A stretch of DNA of 59,778 bases from a virus (lineage: Duplodnaviria; Caudoviricetes): the IMG/VR virus record IMGVR_UViG_3300020043_002033, positions 1-59,778 of that record. One strand, written 5' to 3'. The notes beneath the pieces are model-generated. The model made no database searches. It worked only from the letters and a program-made list of their open reading frames with translations, and had not been told where the DNA came from. Made by a program: the position numbers and the translations under genes. Of the stretch, positions 1 to 8,361 are shown in pieces; position 1 is the first letter of the stretch, and every line of letters starts with the position of its first letter.

Positions 1-1
1 C

Positions 2-100
2 GAAGAAGAAAAAGAGGAAGCCGTACGCGAGTGGCTGAATGATCGCACTGTCCTGATCGGTGAGACTTCATCCGGTTTTGTTTATGGATCGGCGTTCTAA
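2..100 (+). CDS. 3' end of a phage hypothetical protein (truncated by window start)
   Basis: Open frame EEEKEEAVREWLNDRTVLIGETSSGFVYGSAF ends TAA at 100, 2 nt before the next ATG. Confidence 0.6.
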   Translation, partial: EEEKEEAVREWLNDRTVLIGETSSGFVYGSAF

Positions 101-102
101 TC

Positions 103-303
103 ATGTACTGGGTCAAAATTTCCTACTATGACGACGAGCCGGAAATACATGATTTCCAGTCTATGAGCGAGGCCGAGGAATCATTCTGTGAGGCTCTTAG
201 CATGGCTCAGGATAGAGTTCTGGGCGATGTTGCAAGAATCGGACTCTGGCGGAGACTTCCAGACGGTTCCGATAAACGTTTGTCCTGCCGTAACTATGAT
301 TAA
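103..303 (+). CDS. hypothetical protein (66 aa)
   Basis: ORF in a tightly packed + strand run of small genes. Confidence 0.6.
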   Translation: MYWVKISYYDDEPEIHDFQSMSEAEESFCEALSMAQDRVLGDVARIGLWRRLPDGSDKRLSCRNYD

Positions 304-312
304 AGGTAAAAA

Positions 313-498
313 ATGAAAACCTACGAAGTAGAAATTAAGCGTGAAAGCTGGGCCACATACACGGTTGAATCTGATTCCGAAAAATCAGCCATTGATGCGG
401 CGTATCGGATGATTGAGAAAGGTGCATCGCCTGATTGTGTATCCCTGTCTATGTTGAGCGTGAACGAGGTATCAGAAATCGAAGGGGAATTGAAATGA
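313..498 (+). CDS. small acidic hypothetical protein, paralog of 635-805
   Basis: AAAGGT SD-like upstream; starts MKTYEVEIKRESWATYTVE. Confidence 0.75.
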   Translation: MKTYEVEIKRESWATYTVESDSEKSAIDAAYRMIEKGASPDCVSLSMLSVNEVSEIEGELK

Positions 499-638
499 AC
501 ATTGAAAATCTTATTGACCACGTAATTGAGCAGATCAAAGCAGACATTGCACTGTGCGATGTGACATCGTTGGAAGAATTGCTACGGTTTATACCAAGGA
601 AAAATCTTGAAGCGTACTTGCCGGAGGAATTGAAATGA
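495..638 (+). CDS. hypothetical protein (47 aa, MNIENLIDHV...)
   Basis: ATGA overlap with both neighbours; GGGG SD-like; the ORF-track start at 435 is unlikely. Confidence 0.65.
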   Translation: MNIENLIDHVIEQIKADIALCDVTSLEELLRFIPRKNLEAYLPEELK

Positions 639-805
639 AAACCTACGAAGTAGAACTAAAACGCGAAAGTTATATTACCTACACAGTCGAGGCCAGCAGC
701 CCAGAGGAAGCCGAGGATTTAGCGTGGAAAGAACTTCAAAGAGGTTATGCAGATGATCATTGCGCCACTTGGGACATTGAACACATTGCAGAGGTTACAG
801 CATGA
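635..805 (+). CDS. small acidic hypothetical protein (56 aa), paralog of 313-498
   Basis: Hand translation MKTYEVELKRESYITYTVEASSPEEAEDLAWKELQRG...; GGAGG SD; ATGA overlaps at both ends; below the ORF-track cutoff. Confidence 0.75.
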   Translation: MKTYEVELKRESYITYTVEASSPEEAEDLAWKELQRGYADDHCATWDIEHIAEVTA

Positions 806-990
806 AAAAAGCCACAGAAATGAGCCGGGATGAATTGATCGAAGCCGCTCGGCAAATGGAGGTTCTGGGCGGCGCTTTTGCCTACGGCATAGCCCGAGCA
901 TTCTTCGCCGCCGATGGTGCCAACATGAAAAGGCTAGTTAAAGCCTTCCCTGAACTGTTTGAGAAATTCCACTACGAGGATAAAGAATGA
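802..990 (+). CDS. hypothetical protein (62 aa)
   Basis: ATGA coupling, GAGG SD. Confidence 0.7.
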   Translation: MKKATEMSRDELIEAARQMEVLGGAFAYGIARAFFAADGANMKRLVKAFPELFEKFHYEDKE

Positions 991-1127
991 AGCCCGGTCA
1001 ATACATCCGAATAGCCCTGTATGGGCATCTTGAGCGAGTAAAAATCCTAGCTGTTCACCGTGCCGGGACTATTGATGTCCAGCGCCACGATGGACGCTGT
1101 TTCCGAGTGTCTGGCCTTGCTGTTTAA
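987..1127 (+). CDS. hypothetical protein (46 aa, MKPGQYIRIALYG...)
   Basis: ATGA overlap with 802-990, GAGGA SD; hand translated. Confidence 0.55.
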   Translation: MKPGQYIRIALYGHLERVKILAVHRAGTIDVQRHDGRCFRVSGLAV

Positions 1128-1225
1128 GGTCACAATCAAACGGGGTTCGGTGTTCGGTCTTATGATCGAAGCCGAATCCCGTTCCCATCTTTTGAAGCTG
1201 ATAAACCAACTCGCTCAGGTACACA

Positions 1226-1447
1226 ATGAGAAAAAAACAGAAGTCCAAAAAATTGAGGCCGTCATTTCTGATCTACATCCAGCAGGACGAGAAAGGCCAT
1301 CTGTGGATTCAGTCTGACTCTGTCGGCCCCATCGGTAAAGCGTTCGAATTGGGCTGTGAGATTTTGAACAACTTAGTCGCCGCAGAGGCTCAAAATCCCA
1401 CCCATCTCACAGTCCAACCCCTTATGATTTCATCCGAATTTCAGTGA
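1226..1447 (+). CDS. hypothetical protein (73 aa)
   Basis: Last ORF of the + run, converging on the primase gene; overlaps competing ORF 1060-1317. Confidence 0.4.
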   Translation: MRKKQKSKKLRPSFLIYIQQDEKGHLWIQSDSVGPIGKAFELGCEILNNLVAAEAQNPTHLTVQPLMISSEFQ

Positions 1448-2227
1448 TTGACTAGCCCGGAACAGTCCTACCCTTCGGGCGTAATCGTTGAAGTCCTCTC
1501 CCACTACGTCACTCATCCAGTAAGGCCAGCCGATTTTCTTGGCTGTGTTCTCTCCGGTTTTTGATTCGTCGTTATCCGCAATCACAAAACCCCTCAGTCC
1601 CTCGGCAATCTTTGCCATGTTCCCGGCAGAAAAACACACATGGATGGTGTAGTTCTTCTTCTGCTGTTTGAATACGGTTCTCAGGCTTAACGCCGTGGCG
1701 TACCCTTCGCAAAAGTAGTGCGGCCCGTTGTTGTTGAAGATGAACTCTGCTTTAGATGTTCTCTGGCCTTTAAGAAACTTCTTCTGTCCTGTCGGGTCGA
1801 TCATCTGCAATCCGACAAGGTTCCTACCGTGCCACATAGGGATGACTAGGATTTGTACGCCATCCTTTAAGTAGATGTATCCCTGTTCGTCCGGGAATCC
1901 TTTTGCTTTCAGGTAGTCGTGCTTTCCAAACTGGCACTGGTCAAGAATCCATCTCGCTGTCTCGGCTGCTTTCTTTTGTCCGTCTGTGATCTCTTTGTCG
2001 GCTTGTCTAACTATCTGTTGGATGTTTACTACCTGCTCCTCCCCGTGCCACACGCTCACTTCTGTTTGTGTGGCGTGGTTCTGGGCGAATCCGAATGTCC
2101 CCATCCACTTCACCGCCCCGTTTCTTTTCTTGGGGTGGTCTACCGTGGGGAATCTCATCCACTGGCCCATCCTTGGCATATGCTGAATGAGTATGCCGTT
2201 TGCTCTTACAAAGTCTAAGAAATTCAT
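1430..2227 (-). CDS. TOPRIM-domain DNA primase-like protein (TraC/P4-alpha-like)
   Basis: YLKAKG, LQMIDPTGQKKFLKG, CEGYATA (TOPRIM Glu) and IADND (DxD) motifs. Confidence 0.85.
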   Translation of the reverse strand: MNFLDFVRANGILIQHMPRMGQWMRFPTVDHPKKRNGAVKWMGTFGFAQNHATQTEVSVWHGEEQVVNIQQIVRQADKEITDGQKKAAETARWILDQCQFGKHDYLKAKGFPDEQGYIYLKDGVQILVIPMWHGRNLVGLQMIDPTGQKKFLKGQRTSKAEFIFNNNGPHYFCEGYATALSLRTVFKQQKKNYTIHVCFSAGNMAKIAEGLRGFVIADNDESKTGENTAKKIGWPYWMSDVVGEDFNDYARRVGLFRASQSLKFG

Positions 2228-3693
2228 GCCGTCCTCTTTTTGCCTTTTAGGTATGCAATCATCCTCGATTTAATGAACTTTTCGCAGCTTAGGTCTGGTG
2301 TTTTTGGTACGTCCGCTAGTCCTTTAGGCCATACGCCAAACTTATCCCGGTAGGTGTGTGCCGCCCTCCCATCAGACCATCCAGAATACTTCTTTTTGTA
2401 GACCATCATGCTCCAGAAGTCTTGCTTGTTGTCTCTGGACATCACCCCTGAAAGTTCAGATAGTTCACCCGGCACAGAACTAACCATGCTCTTGCGTTCT
2501 CTTACGTGTCCGCAGTGGGCGCACATATCTCCACCTTTCCACAAGGCTCCGCACTTCGGGCATTTGGATGCTTCTTTTTCCTTCGCTGTTTTTTCTTTCT
2601 TGGCCTTCTCTTTGCCGTCATCTAATTCATGTACGCCGTCCTCAAAAACTTCGTCCCAGTCCTCTCTAAAACGGAGATAGTTCCCTGCGTGGTCTAGCCA
2701 GACTGCAAAGGTTTTAGATGGGTGTGGTCTCATCACCCGGCCCATCTGTTGTACGTGGCTAGATAGAGATTTAGAGAACGGCCTAGCGCTGATCGCTATG
2801 TGTGTATCTGCTACGTCAAATCCTTTTGTCAGGATGTCAGTAGCAATTAATCCGTTTATCTCTGTGTCTGGCCTTGAGAAGTCTTCAATCACATCTCTTT
2901 TGTATTGGTCGTCGTCTTGGTATGAGATAGAGACAAAGTTGTAGCCCTGTTCCGCAAACTTTCTTGATAGGTCAATGCCGTGGTTCACTCCACTAGCAAA
3001 CACAATGGTTTTCATTGGCTTGCCGTATATCTCATGGGTCTTTTTTATCCACTCCGCCACCACATCCCCGGTAATTTTCATCCCTCGGGTTTCTGCTTCT
3101 GATTGAGACCACTCTCCGGCTACTTTCTTCGCTCCTTCCATGTCTATCTCTTTGGCGATAAACACTCTCAGCGGTACTAGCGATCCTCCTGCAACCAGTT
3201 CTTTCGTGGTTACAGGGCTTACGATGTTGGTGTAAATCTGTCCCAGTCCCTTGGTAAACGGTGTAGCGGTAAGTCCTATCACCCTTACCTGCGGGTTCGC
3301 TTTTATAAACTCTATGGTCTGTTTTCGCTGCTGGTGTACCTCGTCCACAATCAAAAGAGATAGGCCGGGGAATGATCCCCGTTTCTCCAATGTCTGTGCA
3401 GAGCAGACTTGTATGGGTTCATGTGGGCGGTATCTCCAATGCCCACTTTGTAGAACTCCGTGGTCTATGTCGTACTTATCCAAGCGTTTGCTTGTCTGGT
3501 CACACAAAACAATCCGGTCTAGGATCATCGCTGCTCTGCTGCCTTTTTTTCTTGCAGCTTCCAAAAGTGCAATTGCGATTTCTGTTTTTCCTGATCCTGT
3601 TGGGGCCACCAAGATTTGCGCTTGGTGTCCCGCAGAAAAACCATCTCTTAGCTTATCAATCGCACCCGTTTGATAGTCTCTAAGCTGTAGCAC
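2224..3693 (-). CDS. superfamily II DNA helicase (RadD/YejH-like) with C-terminal Zn finger
   Basis: LRDYQ Q-motif, APTGSGKT Walker A, DEVH, TAT, QQMGRVMR motif VI, CPKC..CAHC. Confidence 0.92.
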   Translation of the reverse strand: MLQLRDYQTGAIDKLRDGFSAGHQAQILVAPTGSGKTEIAIALLEAARKKGSRAAMILDRIVLCDQTSKRLDKYDIDHGVLQSGHWRYRPHEPIQVCSAQTLEKRGSFPGLSLLIVDEVHQQRKQTIEFIKANPQVRVIGLTATPFTKGLGQIYTNIVSPVTTKELVAGGSLVPLRVFIAKEIDMEGAKKVAGEWSQSEAETRGMKITGDVVAEWIKKTHEIYGKPMKTIVFASGVNHGIDLSRKFAEQGYNFVSISYQDDDQYKRDVIEDFSRPDTEINGLIATDILTKGFDVADTHIAISARPFSKSLSSHVQQMGRVMRPHPSKTFAVWLDHAGNYLRFREDWDEVFEDGVHELDDGKEKAKKEKTAKEKEASKCPKCGALWKGGDMCAHCGHVRERKSMVSSVPGELSELSGVMSRDNKQDFWSMMVYKKKYSGWSDGRAAHTYRDKFGVWPKGLADVPKTPDLSCEKFIKSRMIAYLKGKKRTA

Positions 3694-4444
3694 GTTGCAT
3701 GGCCTTTATCTGTTTTTTGAGTTCGTTGTTCTCTTTCTGGAAAGCATCCCGGCTTTTCTTCACAGAGTCCAATTCAATTTTCAAGATTCGTATCTCTTCA
3801 TTCAATTCTTGGATGGTCTGTTTCGCCAAGCCTTTTTCTTCTTCTGTCCCCTCCATCGCAGCCAAAGCTAGGCGCGTTTTTAGGTGTTCGTTTTCTTCAG
3901 AAAGATGGTCTATAAGTTCTTGGTCTCTGTCGTCTTTTACTTCTTTTTCTTCCTCTACCTTTGTTGGTTTGGTGTAAGTATTCGTTTTCCCATGTCGGTT
4001 GAACTTAACTACCTGCACTTCTTTAACGCGAAGGCTTGCCACAAAAGGCTGTGAAACGTGGCAATGTCTGGCTATCTCTGCGCTGCTCCAATCCTGCCAT
4101 TCAAGATCATCCAGCATGGTCGTCACTGCTTTACGCTTGTCTGCGTTTGTCCTTCGCAGTCCATGCAAAGCGTTTACCCCGCAGCTATGCAGGATGGCGT
4201 CTCTCAAAGTTCCATTGACTACTTGTACGTTGATAGATGCTTTCCCGGCTTTCTTGTGGGCAAAGTAGCGGTGGAATCCATCTGCTAGGTAGTGGTCTAC
4301 GCCATCAAAAAATACCGTGATAGCCGGGAACTCTGCTCCATCTTCTATCTGTTCTGCGTATTCAGAAACTACGTCTTGGTTTATCTCTTGTCGTGATTGT
4401 GTTCCGCCATCAATCCGAATTGCGTTCAGGTTCATCTTAGCCAT
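3680..4444 (-). CDS. ParB/Srx N-terminal domain protein with HTH and coiled-coil tail
   Basis: LADGFHRYFA ParB motif, WSSAEIARHCHVSQPFV HTH, charged coiled-coil C-terminus. Confidence 0.8.
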   Translation of the reverse strand: MAKMNLNAIRIDGGTQSRQEINQDVVSEYAEQIEDGAEFPAITVFFDGVDHYLADGFHRYFAHKKAGKASINVQVVNGTLRDAILHSCGVNALHGLRRTNADKRKAVTTMLDDLEWQDWSSAEIARHCHVSQPFVASLRVKEVQVVKFNRHGKTNTYTKPTKVEEEKEVKDDRDQELIDHLSEENEHLKTRLALAAMEGTEEEKGLAKQTIQELNEEIRILKIELDSVKKSRDAFQKENNELKKQIKAMQRATA

Positions 4445-4586
4445 TGATCTCTTTCATGTTCCAGCCCATCAAAAAATAGCGCCACTTGGTTTGTATGTTG
4501 GCGGTGTTGTACTTCTTCCCGTCCCATACGGGGTAGATGTTTTTTGTCTGCATCATCTTTTCAAATGCTTGTCGTGCTTTGTTCAT
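4437..4586 (-). CDS. hypothetical protein (MNKARQAFEK...)
   Basis: ATGA coupling with the upstream gene; start trimmed from the ORF track. Confidence 0.55.
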   Translation of the reverse strand: MNKARQAFEKMMQTKNIYPVWDGKKYNTANIQTKWRYFLMGWNMKEING

Positions 4587-4789
4587 CCTAGGTTCCATGT
4601 AGTTGATACGGCCTTCTCTTTCTCTTTGTTCCTCTTTGGTAGTGGCGCCCATGCCAAGAAGTATTCGTTCCACGCCCCGGTCACACATACATGACCACGG
4701 GTAAGCAGTAGAACCTTGGCTCCTTCTTCGGGTTCTGGGTCGCCGTAGTCAGGGTAAAAATATTCGTAGTCGCCTGTTTGGTACTTCAT
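4583..4789 (-). CDS. hypothetical protein (DUF551-like W.PLP motif)
   Basis: P..GAKVLLLT....V.G.W...FLAWAPLP pattern. Confidence 0.55.
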   Translation of the reverse strand: MKYQTGDYEYFYPDYGDPEPEEGAKVLLLTRGHVCVTGAWNEYFLAWAPLPKRNKEKEKAVSTTWNLG

Positions 4790-5145
4790 CGTAGTAATCC
4801 TGCCCAAGGGCCTAAAGATTTGTGATAGTCAACATACCTTCTGGCAGATATGAGGAACTTGTTTTGCTCGTTGTACTTCTTGCCTATCTCTGATCTTGTG
4901 TACGGTTTTGGTTTTGGTGCATCAGGTTTATCCCCCATTGCATAGAGTGGTCGTAGTCTTCCTTTCCCCTCTACGTGTTCGTACTTCACTATCCTAACCA
5001 TCTTCATCTTCTTGAGTTGCGTGATGGTTTTCATCACAGAATTCTCTTTCAGTCCCATCATCCTCTCAAGTTCTATTCGGCTCATAGGGCCAACAAAAGA
5101 CAAGAGAGACACAAGTTGTTCTTGCCGTTCAGTCAGTTTTTCCAT
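4786..5145 (-). CDS. putative winged-helix DNA-binding protein
   Basis: LT..Q.QLV..L....PMSRIELERMMGLKENSV HTH-like, basic; coupled to neighbours. Confidence 0.6.
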   Translation of the reverse strand: MEKLTERQEQLVSLLSFVGPMSRIELERMMGLKENSVMKTITQLKKMKMVRIVKYEHVEGKGRLRPLYAMGDKPDAPKPKPYTRSEIGKKYNEQNKFLISARRYVDYHKSLGPWAGLLR

Positions 5146-5326
5146 TTCTCTTCGCCAGTTCCTTTTGATATTTGTTTACATATCCACGGTACTCGTTGGC
5201 TCTACCTCTTGCCTCGTCGCGCTGCCGGGTCAGCTTGCTGATCTTGCGCTCAAGTGTAGAAATCTTAGATGCCTGTGCTTTTGTATGCTCCTCGATCAGC
5301 TTTGTGATCTGTTGTGCGAGTGTCAT
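5129..5326 (-). CDS. small coiled-coil hypothetical protein
   Basis: Overlapping operon structure; heptad-like sequence. Confidence 0.55.
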   Translation of the reverse strand: MTLAQQITKLIEEHTKAQASKISTLERKISKLTRQRDEARGRANEYRGYVNKYQKELAKRNGKTD

Positions 5327-5985
5327 AGCTTGTAGTCCTTAAAAATCACACCTTTGCTTGCATCTCCAACCACACAGGAATTTACCCACACCTTCTTTTG
5401 TGTGGACTTGATAAATCTCCAATGTCCTCGGCGGTTATGCAGTCTTGGGCTGGCATGGGTTCCTCCTTGAGGTTCGTTCTTCTTACTTGGTGGCTTAATC
5501 TCTACCGTGTGCCAATCAAAAGTTGGTACTTTCCCCTGCCGTATTTTCTTGGCAAAGTTAGCCCGCCTCACCGGAACATGGCCCGTAACAGGCATGGTTT
5601 CCAGATATTCGAGAAAGGCAGCAATGAAAGCAATCACACCTACGGCGGGGCTGGTGCGGTAGTCAAACTGTGTGCCGTCCATGTGTTTACATTTAACGCC
5701 GTCATCATCTACCGTGTAAATAAATGGGGTAGTAGACTTGTATGATTTCTTTTCCAACTGCCAACCAACCACTGCGGTGTGTTCCTTTGCGCGGTTGGTA
5801 AGTAAAAGAACTTTCTTGTCCTCGTAAGCACACACCAATGCTGTGAAGTGGTAGGGCAACGGCGTACTCAAAAGTTTTTCATCAATGCGCTGCTCCTTCT
5901 TGTAAGCAGCCGTCATGTCAAACCATTGGTAGTTAATCGCTTCTTCAGGCTCAAGCGATACCATCTCTTGGATAAGCGGTGTCAT
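5323..5985 (-). CDS. phage hypothetical protein with HASPRxHxRRGHWR motif
   Basis: C-terminal GGTHASPRLHNRRGHWR...VWV...VG...G...KDY pattern, which I recognise from phage accessory proteins. Confidence 0.75.
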   Translation of the reverse strand: MTPLIQEMVSLEPEEAINYQWFDMTAAYKKEQRIDEKLLSTPLPYHFTALVCAYEDKKVLLLTNRAKEHTAVVGWQLEKKSYKSTTPFIYTVDDDGVKCKHMDGTQFDYRTSPAVGVIAFIAAFLEYLETMPVTGHVPVRRANFAKKIRQGKVPTFDWHTVEIKPPSKKNEPQGGTHASPRLHNRRGHWRFIKSTQKKVWVNSCVVGDASKGVIFKDYKL

Positions 5986-6173
5986 GGTGCGTTGTTGTTT
6001 TCTACTAGGTCATGCCAAGTGAAGAAGGGTGCCGGTTTGGGTTTGTTGACCTCGATGTAGTGCCGTAGCTCTGCGATCTCCTCCATCAGCAGCATCTGCA
6101 ACTCGGCTGCGTTCACAGGACTTTTCCGCTGATGTATGCGCTCGTTGAAGTGTTTGATGTCTTCGTATCTCAT
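5982..6173 (-). CDS. hypothetical protein
   Basis: ATGA coupling at both ends. Confidence 0.6.
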   Translation of the reverse strand: MRYEDIKHFNERIHQRKSPVNAAELQMLLMEEIAELRHYIEVNKPKPAPFFTWHDLVENNNAP

Positions 6174-6559
6174 TTGTTTTCCATGTATTTTTTGTACTCC
6201 ATACCGAACAAGGTTTTGAGGCCGGGTTTCAATGCTTCAAGAATTTCCTGACGGCTAACTTTCATCTCGGTTGGTTTTGGTACGTACTCAGGCACCTCAA
6301 ACTCAATACCTAAATGATCTGCAAGCGCACAGAGAACACATGCCGCGATATCTCTATCGGTTTCGTACCACTCATCAGCGTATTCGCCGTCTTGGGTTTC
6401 TATAAACGCCAGCATTTCTTCGACGCTGATGCTTGTTTTGTCTGGGACACCCAATGCAGCCTCAAGCGTAGGTGCTACCACGTTCTCCAGATAGCCAAAT
6501 GTCTCGCCCTGTTCAATCGCTTTGAGCGCAAGCTCTGCTGCTTCTCTTAACTTGTTCAT
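6170..6559 (-). CDS. hypothetical protein (MNKLREAAEL...)
   Basis: GAGG SD, start at 6559 coupled to the upstream stop. Confidence 0.65.
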   Translation of the reverse strand: MNKLREAAELALKAIEQGETFGYLENVVAPTLEAALGVPDKTSISVEEMLAFIETQDGEYADEWYETDRDIAACVLCALADHLGIEFEVPEYVPKPTEMKVSRQEILEALKPGLKTLFGMEYKKYMENK

Positions 6560-6833
6560 GCTTTCCTCATTCTTATAGTCGCCGCACACATACGCGCCAT
6601 TCCAAGTGAACCATCTTTGAATGCTTCATCATCGGGATGAAACATGCCACGATCTATAGACAAAATGTCGCACACCTTCGCACACATTTCTCGTTCATGC
6701 TCGGCGACAAGCTCGGCAAAGCGTTCAACTCATTCGTGAAATGAAAAGAGCTACGCGCAAACACAAACTCTTGAACTCCGTCAATTAGGAATCCCGCCTC
6801 CCGCGCCATGCGGATGATGTCTTCTCTATCCAT
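6556..6833 (-). pseudogene. frameshifted phage hypothetical gene (MDREDIIRMAREAGF...ERFAELVAEHERE.CAKVCD family)
   Basis: 278 nt, one short of 93 codons; adding one base near 6728-6729 restores ELERFAELVAEHEREMCAKVCD...CAATIRMRKA with a stop overlapping the next ATG. Confidence 0.6.
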
Positions 6834-7080
6834 GATTCTTCTCCTTGAGTTTGATTTGTATGCCCTGAAAAGCAAGAAGGTAATTTCCCCTCTCTGCGAG
6901 CTGACAGGCTTCTAAGAAGTCCTCATCCGTCAGCCCAACCCACTTGATTGGCAAATGAAAGTACCTGTTTCTCCACACAATCCTGTCGCACTTGTCATCG
7001 ACAAGCTGCACGTAGCTGTCTTCCCTGCGGTCGTCCAAGAAAGACCGCTCCTTCTGATATTGATTGTGGTCTCCGCTCAT
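6826..7080 (-). CDS. phage hypothetical protein (WVGLTDE...LKEKN family)
   Basis: C-terminal WVGLTDED...IQIKLKEKN pattern; coupled to neighbours. Confidence 0.65.
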   Translation of the reverse strand: MSGDHNQYQKERSFLDDRREDSYVQLVDDKCDRIVWRNRYFHLPIKWVGLTDEDFLEACQLAERGNYLLAFQGIQIKLKEKNHG

Positions 7081-7397
7081 TTCATTCCCTTTCCAATCTC
7101 AGCAGCAGCCCTGACGATGGCGCGGCGGGTTGTTGCACTCATATCGTCTGCGTTGTCTGCCGCCTCTTCGTACCAGTTTTCTCCTCGCCATTTCCATGCT
7201 GTCGCACTGTGGCTGTTGATCTGTATAAACAGCCCCAACTTCACCGCCAGCCGCAGCGCATCGCCATCGTCGGTGAGGGGGTTCCAGCGCCCTGCCTTTT
7301 CGGGCCAATCAAATGCCCCGTCTGAGTATTGCAGACAGCGCTTCGTATTTATCCCAGCTGCCTTCGCTGCAAGTTCAAGTAGTTCTTTGTCTGTCAT
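7077..7397 (-). CDS. phage hypothetical protein (WNPLTDDGDALRLAVKL family)
   Basis: MTD.ELLELAAKAAG...WNPL.DDGDALRLAVKL...ATRRAIVRAAAEIG pattern of proteobacterial phages. Confidence 0.8.
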   Translation of the reverse strand: MTDKELLELAAKAAGINTKRCLQYSDGAFDWPEKAGRWNPLTDDGDALRLAVKLGLFIQINSHSATAWKWRGENWYEEAADNADDMSATTRRAIVRAAAEIGKGMK

Positions 7398-7398
7398 A

Positions 7399-7512
7399 TC
7401 ACCACCCCAAATAAAGCATCAACAAATACATCCCAACGCAGACACCGACAAAGCCGATACCTGCAAGCACATCCAGCACACGCCCGACAAATTCGTCATG
7501 GTCTTCGCTCAT
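7399..7512 (-). CDS. small membrane protein (37 aa)
   Basis: Hand translation MSEDHDEFVGRVLDVLAGIGFVGVCVGMYLLMLYLGW; GGAGG SD. Confidence 0.55.
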   Translation of the reverse strand: MSEDHDEFVGRVLDVLAGIGFVGVCVGMYLLMLYLGW

Positions 7513-7688
7513 GACACCTCCCCAAAAGAGGCAACCACGCAAAGAACAACCGGCCAAGCGAAAACATGAAACAGGCGTATTGGATTGCTGTTCATCTTGG
7601 AGACTGCGCGGGCTGCACCGATCCCCATCGTCATGTAGAAAGCAGCGGAAATGCAGCCGATTCCAAGCAGCGCAAACTCATTGCTCAT
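7509..7688 (-). CDS. small two-TM membrane protein (59 aa)
   Basis: Hand translation MSNEFALLGIGCISAAFYMTMGIGAA...LFHVFAWPVVLCVVASFGEVS; ATGA overlaps. Confidence 0.55.
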   Translation of the reverse strand: MSNEFALLGIGCISAAFYMTMGIGAARAVSKMNSNPIRLFHVFAWPVVLCVVASFGEVS

Positions 7689-7948
7689 ACGCCACCCCCA
7701 GTCGCCTTGGCGATCGCGGCGCGGGCTTTTTCAACAGCCAATCTATCCATACCAACGCCATGCTTTTCTTCGTGCCAAGCTAGGCACCTAGTAGCCTCTT
7801 GCAACGCCTTCACCAGCTCTTGATTCAGTTCATGCAGGCGGCGCAGTTCGGCGGCAACCTCCCCACTTGTCAGATCAGCATTACTGTGCATCTGGTCTGT
7901 CGCTTCCAGCGCATCAGCAAAACGCAGGGCTTCTGGTTGTGTCACCAC
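7685..7948 (-). CDS. phage hypothetical protein (ALR.ADAL...AAELRRLH family)
   Basis: QPEALRFADAL...AAELRRLH...ARAAIAKATG pattern. Confidence 0.7.
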   Translation of the reverse strand: MVTQPEALRFADALEATDQMHSNADLTSGEVAAELRRLHELNQELVKALQEATRCLAWHEEKHGVGMDRLAVEKARAAIAKATGGGV

Positions 7949-8043
7949 GGTGCATCCTCATGGTTGTTAGGGTTAAACGGGATTGGTTTGTTGGGCATGG
8001 GCTTGGGCAGTTCAGTTGGAAAAGGCCAGTATGGATTGCTCAT
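7942..8043 (-). CDS. small Pro-rich hypothetical protein (33 aa)
   Basis: MSNPYWPFPTELPKPMPNKPIPFNPNNHEDAPW fills the gap; GGAG SD. Confidence 0.45.
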   Translation of the reverse strand: MSNPYWPFPTELPKPMPNKPIPFNPNNHEDAPW

Positions 8044-8222
8044 TTCCATGCTCCCTCATTGAACTTCGTTGCGTTCTCTAGTGCAAACACCATCAGCTTC
8101 TTCAAAACGTGCGGTGAAATCTTTATGGTTGCACCCTCACCATCTGTAAACATGAGCCAGTTTCCGTAGACTTCCATGTGTTTCACATCGTCAATTTCTG
8201 CGCCGTCACTGTTAAAGTTCAT
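8040..8222 (-). CDS. hypothetical protein
   Basis: ORF in the packed leftward operon. Confidence 0.55.
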   Translation of the reverse strand: MNFNSDGAEIDDVKHMEVYGNWLMFTDGEGATIKISPHVLKKLMVFALENATKFNEGAWK

Positions 8223-8223
8223 C

Positions 8224-8361
8224 TCACGCCCCCGTCAAAAAGAATGCCAGCTTGGCAAACTTCACGAAGATGCCGAAGATGAATCCAGCGGCCATCGCGC
8301 AGATGGCAACGCCGAGAAAGATGCCGAAGATAGCGGTCAGCCACATGAACAGTTCTTTCAT
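8224..8361 (-). CDS. small membrane protein (45 aa)
   Basis: MKELFMWLTAIFGIFLGVAICAMAAGFIFGIFVKFAKLAFFLTGA, hydrophobic; ATGA coupling. Confidence 0.6.
   Translation of the reverse strand: MKELFMWLTAIFGIFLGVAICAMAAGFIFGIFVKFAKLAFFLTGA

Noticed and set aside
1060-1317. 85-aa ORF overlapping 987-1127 and 1226-1447
   Set aside because: Extensive overlaps and no clear SD; a shorter TTG-started version from 1117 cannot be excluded.
8267-8335. Direct repeat AAGATGCCGAAGAT
   Set aside because: Explained by the repeated IFGIF peptide in a small membrane protein.
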